DNA from: Tubiluchus corallicola
Lineage: Eukaryota > Animalia > Priapulida
Direction of reading: 5' to 3'
Assembly: GCA_030141605.1 (NCBI GenBank)
Contig: JAQGDQ010000543.1
Location: 82,713-146,712, forward strand
Length of the DNA: 64,000 nt
Positions 1 to 12,882 of this stretch are shown piece after piece. Numbering within the stretch: position 1 is the stretch's first letter; each line of letters begins with the position of its first letter. Position numbers and translations under genes: made by a program. Below the pieces are notes generated by a model. It saw nothing but the letters and a program-made list of their open reading frames with translations. It was not told the DNA's origin and ran no database searches.

Positions 1-754
1 TTTTCATGCATCATGGTGATTTATGCTACAAAAAATAGATACTTCTTAGACATAGACATAAAACATTTATTTTCTCCAATTAGTTTAACATCAAAAGTTT
101 TTTAAATGTTAAGTAATTATAATCATGGAGCAGGGCAGAGAAGGACCATAGGGTCATCTAGTCTCCTGCCATTTCTTATAAATAGATTAGTATATTAAAA
201 ATTAACGGTGATGCTGCAGATAACAAAAACAAATAAAAAAATTGAAATAAAAACAGTTTAAATGATACAAATTACCCAAAAAGAACTGAAAACAAAAAAA
301 ATTAATAAAGTTGGATACCTAAATCTAAACAAAACAATACAATTATTCAGTAATTAGGATTATTATATGTAGTAGTTTCAAATGGGGTCTTATTAACAGG
401 GGAATTTGACCAAGGTTAGTGAGTAAAGTTTAAAACTGAGAGTATGCAAAGAAAAAAATAAACATCAAAAAAGTGTAATATAGAAAAATTTATGAGAAAA
501 AGTATGTATGAGAAAGAGCAACAATTACTTAGGAGATGAGGAGAAAAAAAAATAAAAAAAACTTGCTAGCTTGCTTATTAGTCTTACAAGTTATGTTCTA
601 CAGGTATTTTCTTTTAGAAAGATTTTTGTGTATTTTTTGGAAGCAGAAAATACTTCTTTAGCATTATCCACATGCAGTAAGCTACGTATAACTTAACCCG
701 TTATAACTCGAATTCTTGCGGATCTTGAAGAGATCTCGTGCATTAATACTCTCA

Positions 755-954
755 TGTAAATAAAGTAGTTCGGCAACACGCATAATGTTGTCCTGTTTTT
801 CGTTATTTCTACTAGATAGAAATCCAGGTACATCAACATAAAACATCCCACTTCTGACACCATGTTTTATGTTGACGTACCTGGAGTTGTATCTAGTAGA
901 AATAAACGAAATACAGTACACCATTATGCGTGTTGCCGAACTACTTTATTTACA
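755..954. repeat. Imperfect 200-bp palindrome (probable hairpin MITE)
   Basis: Nested inverted blocks: TGTAAATAAAGTAGTTCGGCAACACGCATAATG, TTTCTACTAGATA and TCCAGGTACATCAACATAAAACAT with their reverse complements. Confidence 0.8.
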
Positions 955-1708
955 ATGCATTCTGACGCATTAATACATAACAGTGGAAAGGATTTTCCCT
1001 TTTCATTTTTCTCTTTACCAAACATCGCGTAACTCGAATTATCGTGTAGTTAAAAGTGAATTGACGGTACAATTTATAAGTATCTGACTGAAATTACCCC
1101 GCCATCTCGAGCAACCTCCCGAGTAAAAAATCCCAGGCGAAAGTGCGCACCACATTACGAGTTTAACTGCTGGTTTCAGCAAAAATGCTAAGATTTCTCG
1201 TGATACATTAGCAGAACGCTGCACACAACATGGATTATGGCTTTAATAACTAGATTATAATATTATTATTGCGAAATTCTATTAACCACGTTACTCGGAC
1301 TACAGTAGAGGTGGACCAGTCATTTTATTTTTATTTATTCATAGAAATTGTTGTTTGATATTTGGTTAAAGGCTCAGTTTGTCATTTTTGCAGGTGGCAG
1401 TGTTACTAGTATGTTATCTGATTTTGATGAGTGACTGTCTAACTCCTGCCCTCGCTTAACTCGAAACAAATGTTCTGTCCCGAAGAATTCACGTTATACG
1501 TAGTTTGCTTTAGTATTTTTACTGTCATAGTTTTATTGACTTCGTATATTTATTATTTTTGTTGGTATATGTACAATAAAATAAGATACCTTTGTGTAAC
1601 TTATCACAGTCTTTGCACGAGAGCAGTGCTCATCATGGCAAAACAAGCCCCTTTATAGAGTTACTTTACAAGTAAAGTGTTAATGAGCTTTGGTTTGTTT
1701 GATTTCAG

Positions 1709-1876
1709 GCGACTGGCATTGGTGGACAAGCCGGCTTGCTACTCGGTGAAGACGCCGTAGGAAGAAAGATAGAGAATTTAGAGAAAATTTCTGAACGTCT
1801 GATCACGGTACGGTTCAACGCGGACACCGCGGCCAGCATGAGGTGGGCTTTTAGACCGCAGCAGACGCAAATCAAG
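1709..1876 (+). CDS. COX11: Cytochrome c oxidase copper chaperone COX11, internal coding exon
   Basis: tttcag acceptor and AAG|gtaaaa donor; translates ATGIGGQAG...RLITVRFNADTAASMRWAFRPQQTQIK, matching the COX11 F-N-A-D...W-x-F-R-P-Q-Q block. Upstream exon(s) not identified in the window. Confidence 0.95.
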
Positions 1877-2307
1877 GTAAAAACAAACGTAAATGAATTG
1901 AGGATCTTGCACCTTGGTAAGATTCCACGTTGCTGAACGTGGAAGATGTTCGTGGATGTTGTGTTTTGTTTCTCTCGGAAGGCTCGTAGAGAAAACCAGA
2001 AAACACGCCGTCAAATAAAACTACTTTATTTAGCCAGAATTCTACTATACAAAAGATGAAGGGAACATTGAAATGATTACAATAAACGTGAAAATCTGGA
2101 AAACATTTAAGTAAGTATATAAATGCGTAAGTATAAGTCCGTGATACAAATGTTCGAGAACAATCCAGACGGTAAGGCGGTCATTCCGACGGAACATTCT
2201 ACGATGTTCTATGCAATTCTTCTTGACGTCAGCGATCTCCACAACAGTGGATTAAGCGGTTAGATTCGGGGTTGGATACAGCTTTGGTAGAAGACGTCCT
2301 TTACAGT

Positions 2308-2548
2308 AATAATAATAATAATAATAATAATAATCTTTATTTAAAGTTGGCTTTTGGGTCAACAATTAACATTAGCTCAAAGAGCTATTATCGCCGACTG
2401 TAAATAACAACCTACAACTACATAACAGAGACTATTATTATCCCACGCGTCAGGCAGGGCAACAGCAGGTACCATTTTTGGTATGACCCGGCCTCTGGTT
2501 CGAACTCACAACCTCCCAGATGGAAGCAGACGCACTAGACTAAACCGT
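2308..2548 (-). mobile_element. tRNA-derived SINE, same family as 27391-27673
   Basis: Reverse-complement similarity to the body and tail of the 27.4-kb copy; B box GTTCGAACC. Confidence 0.8.
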
Positions 2549-2762
2549 GAGCGATGATGATGTCGTAACGAGAATTTTTCTTGCTAAAATGTGAATATGT
2601 AAGACACTTAAAGACTTTAAAAATCTTTTTATGGTTTGTAAGATTTTGCAGGGTTTGTAACACCATGTTATCACGCTAGTGTGAGTGATCTATCATTGGA
2701 AATATCGCATTTGGTTGACCAGCTGTAAGGGATGAACTTTTAGACTGCCTTGATCACTAACG

Positions 2763-2838
2763 AATGCAGTGGTCTAGTGGTCTAAAGCATCTGCATTGTA
2801 AGCAGAAGTCCCGGTTCAAATCCAGGCTACATTGCGGC
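2763..2838 (+). mobile_element. tRNA-like SINE head or tRNA pseudogene
   Basis: A box TGGTCTAGTGG and B box GGTTCAAATCC; cloverleaf imperfect. Similar degenerate heads on - at about 45805-45870 and 45970-46040. Confidence 0.5.
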
Positions 2839-2979
2839 TTTTTCACGATTTTGTTTTTTAACCTGTGCTTCGAGATTTAATTAAAATGCGGGTTGAAACA
2901 CGATAGCCGTATTTGACTGTGACATTAGTAAGCGTTACCTGATTGCAATGAAACAACGATTGTTCACTTTTGGCTTTAG

Positions 2980-3105
2980 GTCCATCCCGGGGAAACTGCA
3001 CTTGCATTCTACACGGCAACGAATCCAACGGATAAACCGGTGACCGGAATTTCAACGTACAACATCATACCTTTTGAGGCTGCATTGTATTTTAATAAAA
3101 TTCAG
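2980..3105 (+). CDS. COX11: COX11 internal coding exon
   Basis: ctttag acceptor, CAG|gtattt donor, phase 0; VHPGETALAFYTATNPTDKPVTGISTYNIIPFEAALYFNKIQ is the conserved COX11 core. Confidence 0.96.
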
Positions 3106-3420
3106 GTATTTGTTTGTTTGTTCCAGTGGACAACAAGTTATTCATTTTTAATCATTTATTTTAATCATATTTAATCATATATATATATATATATATATTC
3201 TCTAAATTCTCTATCTTTCTTCCTACGGCGTCTTCACCGAGTAGCAAGCCGGCTTGTCCACCAATGCCAGTCGCCTGAAATCAAACAAACCAAAGCTCAT
3301 TAACACTTTCATTAAAACTTTACTTGTAAAGTAACTCTATAAAAGGGCTTGTTTTGCCATGATGAGCACTGTTCTCGAGCAAAGACTGTGATAAGTTACA
3401 CAAAGGTATCTTATTTTATT

Positions 3421-3458
<38 letters not shown>

Positions 3459-4053
3459 AGCAGACTTAGCTTTTTTGTTATTCTTTCTTACAAATTCGTG
3501 CACGAGGTGCCATCTGTGGCGGGAATGTAAAGCTTTTGGGTTTGGCCAGTTTTTCTGTTTATTACCTGTTAGTCACCTGTCTGTTTTACTCACCTGTGCT
3601 CTGAACAGTCAGGTTAATCCACTTTATGGGATATGTGGGACATTCATGTACTGATTATGTTACAATAAAATATTAACTGGTATTAATCTCTGTTGACATT
3701 GTTTCTGTGACTACATATATATGGCTATTTATATATATATAATATCGAATGAAAATAGGGGTGCTGCAGTTCACAGTACACATACACCGACCACCACGGT
3801 AGCAATGTCTAATTTTTGATAAACTGGGTTTTCTTCCAAAATTCTTTGAGCTAGGCAAAAATTCGAGTTACTTGATTTTGAGTTACGCGGAGTTTACTGT
3901 ACTTCAAAATGGGGCAGGATATAAAAAATCGTCCAGTTCTCCTTTAATCACCGAGTCGAAATGTATATTTCCCTGTGCGATTGGGCTGCGTCGTGTAATC
4001 AAAGTTGATATACCTGTTCTGTTATCCTCATTCATATACCCGTCTCGTTTCAG

Positions 4054-4230
4054 TGCTTTTGCTTCGAGGAACAACTTCTCAACCCGCATGAGCAAGTCGA
4101 TATGCCCGTTTTCTTCTACATCGACCCGGACTACGTTCACGATCCGAAGATGGAGCACGTCGACACCATCGTTCTCTCGTATACGTTCTTCGAAGCCAAG
4201 GAGGGTCTGGAGTTACCTCAGCCGTACTAG
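4054..4230 (+). CDS. COX11: COX11 last coding exon (copper-binding CFCF motif)
   Basis: tttcag acceptor; CFCFEEQLLNPHEQVDMPVFFYIDPDY...LSYTFFEAKEGLELPQPY* ending at TAG 4228-4230. Confidence 0.96.
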   Translation, partial: CFCFEEQLLNPHEQVDMPVFFYIDPDYVHDPKMEHVDTIVLSYTFFEAKEGLELPQPY

Positions 4231-4249
4231 CAGCAGTTTAGAGTTGTTA

Positions 4250-4470
4250 GTTACCATGGATACCGTATACGATTGCGTGTATCAACGAATTTGTGTGAAT
4301 ACTTACACTATGACTTGTTACCATGGATACCGTATTCGGTTTAATGCACCAGTGAGTTTGTGTGAATACTTACACTATGACTTGTTACCATGGATACCGT
4401 ATACGATTGCGTGTATCAACGAGTTTGTGTGAATACTTACACTACGACTTGTTACCATGGATACCGTATT
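4250..4470. repeat. 67-bp tandem repeat (about 3.3 copies) just after the COX11 stop codon
   Basis: TTACCATGGATACCGTA recurs at 4251, 4318, 4385 and 4452. Confidence 0.85.
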
Positions 4471-4835
4471 CGATTTAATGCATCAATGGCCAGGCTAGGT
4501 GCTACTGAACTTGTACAGCAAAACACGCACCACGATTTTATAGTATAACAAATGAAAACGCAGTGAAGCGGCTTGCCTTGTAGGCACTTATCCGCTTACC
4601 GACCAGGCTAGATGCTACTTAACTTGTGCAGCAAAATGCGCATTATGACTTTTTAGCTAATTTCTCTCTCGTCATTGTATTAGGAGTGCAGTTTTGTGAA
4701 AGTAGAAGTTTTATATTCGTTAATTAGAGCCATTAATTAGTAATTAGGGAATAAGTTAATGCTCTTCTGAGATTTGTTATGCTGGTCATTGTAAGGAGAG
4801 TATGAAAAAGTAAAAATGTGAATATTTTTTTATAC

Positions 4836-5528
4836 GTAAAGCGAAAAGAAACCCTCCTCTTCCTTAAAGCTTAAAACATTTGTCTTGAAATTTTATACAA
4901 CTTACGTACTGCCTTATTGCATGCTGGGCTTGCATTGGTAGTAACGCTGTACAAAACTTGTAAACTTAAACTCCCGCGATGACCGTTAGACGCAGTCATT
5001 TTTATGGTAAGTCATTTGAAACAAGTTTAGGTTAACATTGCATGAAGTTTGAAAAAATAATCAGAGCATTCGTAGCACACATGTTACTAACTAAATAAAA
5101 TTGTAAATTACTGTATCTTGTCAATAAGATTAAAAATAGGTTTTTGGTTAGTGAGTGGTGCACCCTGGGGGTGAGTCAGTGAAATTTTATCAATTGGTGA
5201 AAACATTTTAAATAATTAATAATTTTCTTTTCTGGTTACATAAGTGTTTCCAGCAGGTAAGCAAAATGCTAAATAATATAGATTTGCAAGGAAAGTTTTT
5301 TGGAACATAATTTAACATTTCCTTTTCTTCCCCTGATTTACATTGTACATAGGTGAAGTCTTGTAATGGCGCAGTCGGAACTGCGTTGTGGGAGATTTAA
5401 AATGAAAACACACAAAAATTCCTGTCGACGCGAGTACGATAAATGCATAAAATTGCTATAAAGTAACATAATTTTTTAGTGCAATTTTTCTGAAACCTAC
5501 TTCAGGTACCCCTTTTCTTGTTCTTTAA
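4836..5528. mobile_element. MITE family A copy
   Basis: Colinear with 33370-34053; ends CCCCTTTTCTTGTTCTTTAA. Confidence 0.75.
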
Positions 5529-5697
5529 TGGGCACTTTTTGAGTCTACGATTATGGTAATTAGGAAATTATTTTGAGAAGCTGACTGTGATATCTGTACT
5601 GCTTCAGCAGTAGATAATCATGCATATGATGTGAAAATTATTGTAAGAAATACAATAAATATTAAAAATACAGATCCACATTTGGTATAAAATGATT

Positions 5698-6245
5698 TAT
5701 TGCAAACCTTGTTGACAGTCATTGAGCCTAAATGCCAGTTTTTGCATGTGCCTGCAATCTGTTGCCAAAAATGAGTTTCTGTGCTGCCATCTGTTGCCAA
5801 AAACATGAGTTTCCGTGCAAGAAAATTTGCAATGAACCTTGCTGACACTCATTGAGCCTAATTGGCAGTTTGTGCACCTGCCTGTCATTTGTTGTCAAAA
5901 ATATGAGTTTCTGTGCTGCCATCTGTTGCCAAAAATATGAGTTTCTGTGCAAGAAAATTTGCAATGAACCTTGTTGACACTCATTGAGCCTAATTGGCAG
6001 TTTGTGCACCTGCCTGTCATTTGTTGTCAAAAATATGAGTTTCTGTGCTGCCATCTGTTGCCAAAAATATGAGTTTCTGTGCAAGAAAATTTGCAATGAA
6101 CCTTGTTGACAGTCATTGAGCCTAAATGCCAGTTTTTGCATGTGCCTGCAATATGTTGCCAAAAATGAGTTTCTGTGCAAGAAAATTTGCAATGCACCTG
6201 CCTGCCATCTGTTGTCAAAAATATGAGTTTCTGTGCACGGAAAGT
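5698..6245. repeat. Compound minisatellite built on the subunit CTGTTGCCAAAAATATGAGTTTCTGTG
   Basis: Visible tandem units with higher-order repetition; explains the overlapping spurious ORFs. Confidence 0.85.
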
Positions 6246-8329
6246 TTATCATACATGTAAAACTCAATGCGTTTAGTCACATTAAATAAAATTTTATTCT
6301 CATAAAACTTGCTTATAGTAATAACAAATTGGTATTAAGAATACATCGAAATGAGTCATTAAAAATTCTCAACATTCCGGAAGTAAATAATAATGTACAT
6401 TTCAGAACATAATAATAATAATAAACATTTCAGAACACAAAGTTGCACAATTCACTCCATTTAAATCACAAACTACAGTTAACCTTTGTCATAACACCAG
6501 CCTCGTTTAATGTACATATTTTTGGGTACAACAAACTGTCTGTATTTGCATAGACGCGTACACATTAAAGCACAGCAAAGCCCTTTCCTTACATAAAGGT
6601 TAAAAATTTCTCTTAAAATTTCACCTCACTTACATTCTGCCTTATTGCATACAGGGCTAGCGCTAGCAGTAATGTTTGTAAAACTCGTAAATTTAAACTT
6701 CTGCGATGACCGTTAAGCACCAGTCATTTGAACATTGTGTGAAGTTTGAAAAAATAACGTCAGCATTGATAGTGAACACTTCACTTACTAAGCAAAATTT
6801 TAAACTTTCATATCTTGTCAATAAGATGAAAAACAGGTTTTTTGGTGAGTCAGTCATGCACACTGGGAAGGTGAGTCAATGACATTTCACAAATTGGCAC
6901 AAACATTTAAATTGTGTTTAGATACTAGAACAGTTTCTTTTCTAGTTATGCAAGTGCAAGGAAAGTTTTTTGGGTACATAGTTTAGCATTGCCTATTTTT
7001 CATCTTTAATTCAAGTTAAGTTTATTTATTTCCACTCTGCATCTAACAGTTATAATAAAAATACAGATAATTTCACTGAAGTAAATATAAATATAAATGC
7101 AATATTATCCAGAAATTACAAAAGAGATTCTTATGCAACATATACACGTGCAAATTACATTACAGAATAATTTCAATGCACACAGTTTGAGCCTAAAAGC
7201 ATAGCTTGACAGGCCAAACGGTACGTTGAAATCTTAAAGAAATGATTAATAATTGAAATAATGATAATATATACATAAATGTGGGGGGAGTAGTGAATGA
7301 AATGGAGCGAGAACTAAGAAAAACTGTGATCACTTTTAAATTAACGCGCTTCAAAATACATATAATGCCAAACTCGCTTAATGTCAATTCTTTTGCAGCC
7401 ATCATTATTATTTTTCCATTATTTCTTTTTCTTCTTTTGCAGGTGGCATGCAGAGGCTTGACTGTAGTTGTCTGACTAGTTTGTTAAAAAAACACGTAAG
7501 ACAATGAGCCTTTTCACTGATGTAGCGATTGATGATGATCGTGGAAAGGTCAAAGGTCAAGTGCACTAGACAACACATTTGTGTACACTTGACAATGCCT
7601 CTCAGCCCATGCTGTTGTAATAGTAACAGTTTTAACAGCTAGCTAGAACCTTACCTAGTTCATTTTTTCTTGTTTCCAAGTAAGATCCTGCTAGTAGTTA
7701 ATTATGCATAATTAAGTAAAGTCTACGTAAAACAACTGAAGTTACTGAACTGATGTGGCTGATGGCTTTGCTTTACATGTACGTCACGTGACGGTTATGG
7801 CTAAGTTAAGTGAACCAGACAACACATTTGTGTACACTTGACAATGCCTCGCAGCCCTTCCTGTTGTAATAGTAACAGTTTTAACAGCTAGCTAGAACCT
7901 TACCTAGCTCATGTTTTTGGTTCCCAAGCAAGATCCTGCTAGTAAATCACTCTACACACAGACTAATGTATACACTAGTGTTTACGTAGGGTGATTTACT
8001 AGCTGAATCTTGTTTGGGAACAAGAAAAAATGAACTAGGTAACGTTCTAGCTAGCTGTTAAAACTGTTACTATTACAACAGCGAGGCGTTGCCAAGCGTA
8101 CGCAAATGCGTTGTCTGGCACAGTTAACCTTTGACCTTTTCATGATCATCATGATCTGCAACTGTGAAAGGGCTTGTTTCCAAGGTGCTTGTAATGTGAA
8201 AATGAGGTTTAATTTCATTGATTGTGAGGGCAGAAACCAAACGTTTTGTTCAGCAGTAAAACAAACAAAATCACCATAATTAAATACTCGTTACACGTCG
8301 TTCATGTTACAAAACGGTAAAATTGTAAA

Positions 8330-8955
8330 GAATTGCAAAAAAATCCCCAATTGGAAAAAAAGATTTCCTCCATTAAAAATGCAATTCCCAATGAAGACAA
8401 TAATCGTCATTCATCTTCCTTGAAATTGCAAAAAAAAGATTTCCCCAATTGGAAAAAAGATTTCCTCCATTAAAAATGCAATTCCCAATGAAGACAATAA
8501 TCGTCATTCATCTTCCTTGAAATTGCAAAAAAAAGATTTCCCCAATTGGAAAAAAGATTTCCTCCATTAAAAATGCAATTCCCAATGAAGACAATAATCG
8601 TCATTCATCTTCCTTGAAATTGCAAAAGATTTCCTCCATTAAAAATGCAATTCCCAATGAAGACCATCGTCATTCATCTTCCTTGAAATTGCAAAAGATT
8701 TCCTCCATTAAAAATGCAATTCGCAATGAAGACAATAATCGTCATTCATCTTCCTTGAAATTGCAAAAAAAAAAGATTTCCCCAATTGGAAAAAAGATTT
8801 CCTCCATTAAAAATGCAATTGCCAATGAAGACAATAATCGTCATTCATCTTCCTTGAAATTGCAAAAAAAGAGATTTCCCCAATTGGAAAAAAAGATTTC
8901 CTCCATTAAAAATGCAATTGCCAATGAAGACAATAATCGTCATTCATTTTCCCTG
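8330..8955. repeat. Tandem repeat, about 87-bp unit with shorter variants
   Basis: GATTTCCTCCATTAAAAATGCAATTCCCAATGAAGACAATAATCGTCATTCATC repeated about 7 times. Confidence 0.9.
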
Positions 8956-9286
8956 AACAATTAACTTGTTATCAAAATATAATGTGAAGCAAAATACATA
9001 ACACATTAACACCTTTACATACAAACTGTGACAACGAATAAATTAATTCATTTATACATTGTGATGACTGAAAATTCATGCAATAACTTGTGACTAGTTT
9101 AAAATGAAAGTCAAATACGGCTATAACATCATCAATAAAATCTTACGACCGACTGTTTTCCGTCGTGAACGAGACACCATTTAAAATAAACCGTTCTGCC
9201 AATAACTAAGACGGCTAAAATTTACAATTCTCCGCACAGAAAAAAATAGTTTGTGAAGCGGAGTAGTATTAGGGTCTTTAAATTGT

Positions 9287-9480
9287 GACAATAGCAATCG
9301 TGTGCTAGCATCAGAACAGAAAAAGTCCAGAGTCATAGACAGACAATAGCAATCGTGTGCTAACATCAGAACAGGAAAAGTCCAGAGTCATAGACAGACA
9401 ATAGCAATTCTGTGCTAACATCAGAACAGGAAGAGTCCAGAGTCATAGACAGACAATAGCAATTCTGTGGTAACATCAAA
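9287..9480. repeat. 57-bp tandem repeat
   Basis: GACAATAGCAAT...CATCAGAACAG...GTCCAGAGTCATAGACA repeated about 3.4 times. Confidence 0.85.
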
Positions 9481-9764
9481 ACAAGTCGGATTATCTACAG
9501 TATCATCCTTAATAGTGAAAGACGAAAAGCCTAAACAGGCAAGTTAAAAATGTAAAATATCATGAACACAAAACAGTCCAACTATAAATAAAGTGTAAAA
9601 TAATTAGGGTAGGTTCACACATTACAGGATATATATATATATACTCAGCAACGGAGAGAAGTTTCAAATAATTAAACCCACAATCATTGTAATAGCTATA
9701 AAAATATGTAATAGCCCAAAGATATTTCATTACAAGTTTTCCAGGTAAGATTAGTACAAAAACA

Positions 9765-10443
9765 TGAAGCACAAGAAAACCCTCCACTTACATAAGGGTT
9801 AAAAAATTCGTCTTGAAATTTTATACCAGTGACGTACTGCATACAGGGCTTGCATCGGCAGTAACGCTGTATAAAACTTGTAAGTCTAAACTCTCACGAT
9901 GACCGTTAAGCGCAGCCATTTTTATGGTAGGTCATTTGAAACAAGTTTTGATAACATTGTGTAAAGTTTGAAAAAAATAATCAGAGCATTCGTAGCGCAC
10001 ATGTTACTAACTAAGTAAAATTTTAAATTACTGTATCTTGTCAATAAGACTAAAAATACGTTTTTGGTTAGAGAGTGGTGCACCCTGGAGGGTGAGTCAG
10101 CGACATTTTACCAATTGGTGAAAACATTTTAAATAATTAATAATTTCCTTTTGTAGTTACATAAGTCTTTCCAGCGGGTAAGTGAAATACTAAGTAATAC
10201 AGATTTGCACGGAAAGTTTTTTGGGACATAATTTAACACTTCCCTTTCTTCCCCTGATTTACATTGTGCCTATATGACGTCATGTAATGGCGCGGTCCGT
10301 ACAGTGTCGTGAGAAATTTAAAACGAAAACAAACAAAAAAGCCTTTCAATGCGAGTAAGATATACGCATAAAATTGCTGTAAAGTCATATAATTTTTTAA
10401 CGCGATTTTTCTGAAACCTACTTCAGGTACCCTTGTCCTTTAA
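9765..10443. mobile_element. MITE family A copy
   Basis: Colinear with 33370-34053; ends CTTGTCCTTTAA. Confidence 0.78.
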
Positions 10444-10955
10444 TTCTCATTGCTGTGATATAATTACTAACATGATTTTGCACAGTATCCACGCAAAACC
10501 TAGAGACAGACTACACTATTAAATAAATATATGTGATAATAGTTAAAGACTAGACTCTTAATAGGAAAAATACATCACATACTTGTTAAAAGCAAATGTG
10601 ACCAGTGCAGATGTGACTTGTCACTCAACGATAGAGCTCACGGTACATGATTGTGGCAAGACTGGTAAGTAGCTCGCTATCAATGATAAACATGCATCGT
10701 GCATCTGCGGCGTAAATTCCCGGAGCAGCATGGCAAGTGGATCGCCCGGAAGCATTTCTCCCAGCAGCCACTCATCCATTTACTAAACGGGACCGGCATG
10801 CGCACAACTTTACAACCAAACACGAACGGTGACTGCTCAGCCGTTTCCCTCATTCTACGGCAATAAGGTCAGGAAACGAAGAACTTTTTAAAACGAAATC
10901 CAACGAGTTTTCACGAGTCAAAGTAACGCTAATTAACGACTTTTTCAATTGCGTC

Positions 10956-11396
10956 TTAACCCTTTCATACCCGTCGTATCACGTGGGATGCGAGAATATT
11001 TTCTGCCTTTAATAAAATTTTAAAACTGACAGTTATTTGATCTGTTAATAGTTATTTTGATTTAAGCCAATAACAATAGACTAAAAATAGTGATAAAATG
11101 GCAAACTAGAAAATCTACATAGCATAAAAAACTGTGCAATGTACAGTACTTTAGAGACGACTTTGTACAGATCAGCATAGCATGCATACTAAATGTCTTA
11201 AATACTTTAAAAAATTATCAGCAGTTGCAAAATGCAACACATTTTTTGCTTTTGTTGTGTTTTTAAAAAAGTCGAACTTTGTTTTTTTGCACACGACAAA
11301 GAATGTTCTGTATCCCACAGGATGCATTGGGAACAAAAGTACCAAGCCGAAAAATTTTTTCTTATTAAAAAAATAATTTGGGACTGAAAGGGTTAA
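10956..11396. mobile_element. piggyBac-like MITE
   Basis: TTAA|CCCTTTCA...TGAAAGGG|TTAA termini; internally deleted sister copy at 49283-49468. Confidence 0.8.
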
Positions 11397-11696
11397 CATA
11401 AAAAAACAAACACACACTGCTAGCAGACTAACAAAAAACAGTTAGTCAGACTAACACAAAATTGTTAGTCGAGCAAAAATGATTATTCGTGCCGACATTT
11501 TAAGCAAAAAGTAAATAAAAACAACGTTAATAATAAATACCTTCCCCAAATGACCTTCTCTATCCTCTCCGCACGCTGTACACGCTTATCGATACAAGAT
11601 CAAATCGGCCACTAGGTCACTAATTATGTTTCTTATGCATAATTAACGATCTGCAAAAGGCAGTTTGATTTTCCACAGGGAGAGACAATCTCTAAC

Positions 11697-11827
11697 GCAC
11701 GTTTCGGAAGGTCATACGATGCTTTCATACATTACAACAAGCATGTTTCGGAAGGTCATACGATGCTTTCATACATTACAACAAGCACGTTTCGGAAGGT
11801 CATACGATGCTTTCATACATTACAACA
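11697..11827. repeat. About 44-bp tandem repeat x3
   Basis: GCACGTTTCGGAAGGTCATACGATGCTTTCATACATTACAACAA. Confidence 0.85.
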
Positions 11828-12032
11828 GGCACCAGTCGTTAAATCGACTCATTTTATCGAGTCGTCCAAATTTAGGAAAAATCACGAAATTGAAAATCGT
11901 AAGATCGTAATGCCAAGCGTATTATAAAAAAGCAGCATCATAGATTAGTAATAAATAAAACTGTTTGAATGTGACTAATTAAAGGCTAAAGTTTACGAAT
12001 CCCCATGCATAAGAAATTGGTTTGTGATGTGG

Positions 12033-12882
12033 ATTAGGGTTAGGGTTAGGATTAGTGTTGGGTTAGGGTTAGGATTAGTGTTGGGTTAGGGTTAGTGTTG
12101 TGTTAGGGTTAGGATTAGTGTTGGGTTAGGGTTAGGATTAGTGTTGGGTAAGGGTTAGGATTAGGGTTAGGATTAGTGTTGGGATAGGATTAGTGTTGTG
12201 TTAGGGTTAGGATTAGTGTTGGGTTAGGGTTAGGATTAGTGTTGGGTAAGGGTTAGGGTTAGGATTAGTGTTGGGTTAGGATTAGTGTTGTGTTAGGGTT
12301 AGGATTAGTGTTGGGTTAGGGTTAGGATTAGTGTTGGGTAAGGGTTAGGATTAGGGTTAGGATTAGTGTTGGGTTAGGGTTAGGATTAGTGTTGGGTAAG
12401 GGTTAGGATTAGGGTTAGGATTAGTGTTGGGATAGGATTAGTGTTGTGTTAGGGTTAGGATTAGTGTTGGGTTAGGGTTAGGATTAGTGTTGGGTAAGGG
12501 TTAGGATTAGGGTTAGGATTAGTGTTGGGTTAGGATTAGTGTTGTAATAGGGTTAGGATTAGTGTTGGGTTAGGGTTAGGATTAGTGTTGTAATAGGGTT
12601 AGGATTAGTGTTGGGTTAGGGTTAGGATTAGTGTTGGGTAAGGGTTAGGATTAGGGTTAGGATTAGTGTTGGGTTAGGATTAGTGTTGTAATAGGGTTAG
12701 GATTAGTGTTGGGTTAGGATTAGTGTTGTAATAGGGTTAGGATTAGTGTTGGGTTAGGATTAGTGTTGTGATAGGGTTAGGATTAGTGTTGGGTTAGGGT
12801 TAGGATTAGTGTTGGGTTAGGGTTAGGATTAGTATTGTGTTAGGATTAGTGTTGGGTTAGGTTTAATATCAGGGTTAGTGTT
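12033..12882 (+). repeat. Interstitial telomere-like array (TTAGGG/TTAGGA/TTAGTG/TTGGG variants)
   Basis: About 850 bp of TTAGGG interleaved with TTAGGATTAGTGTTGGG units. Confidence 0.9.

Noticed and set aside
3872-4432. 186-aa ORF on +
   Set aside because: Off-frame overlap with the true COX11 last exon and its downstream repeats.
5618-6267. Overlapping ORFs with repeated peptides (also 8614-8964, 40091-40441 and the 3' part of 53541-54023)
   Set aside because: Products of minisatellite periodicity.
12033-12882. True telomere or chromosome fusion site
   Set aside because: Degenerate units, single orientation, embedded between local direct repeats.
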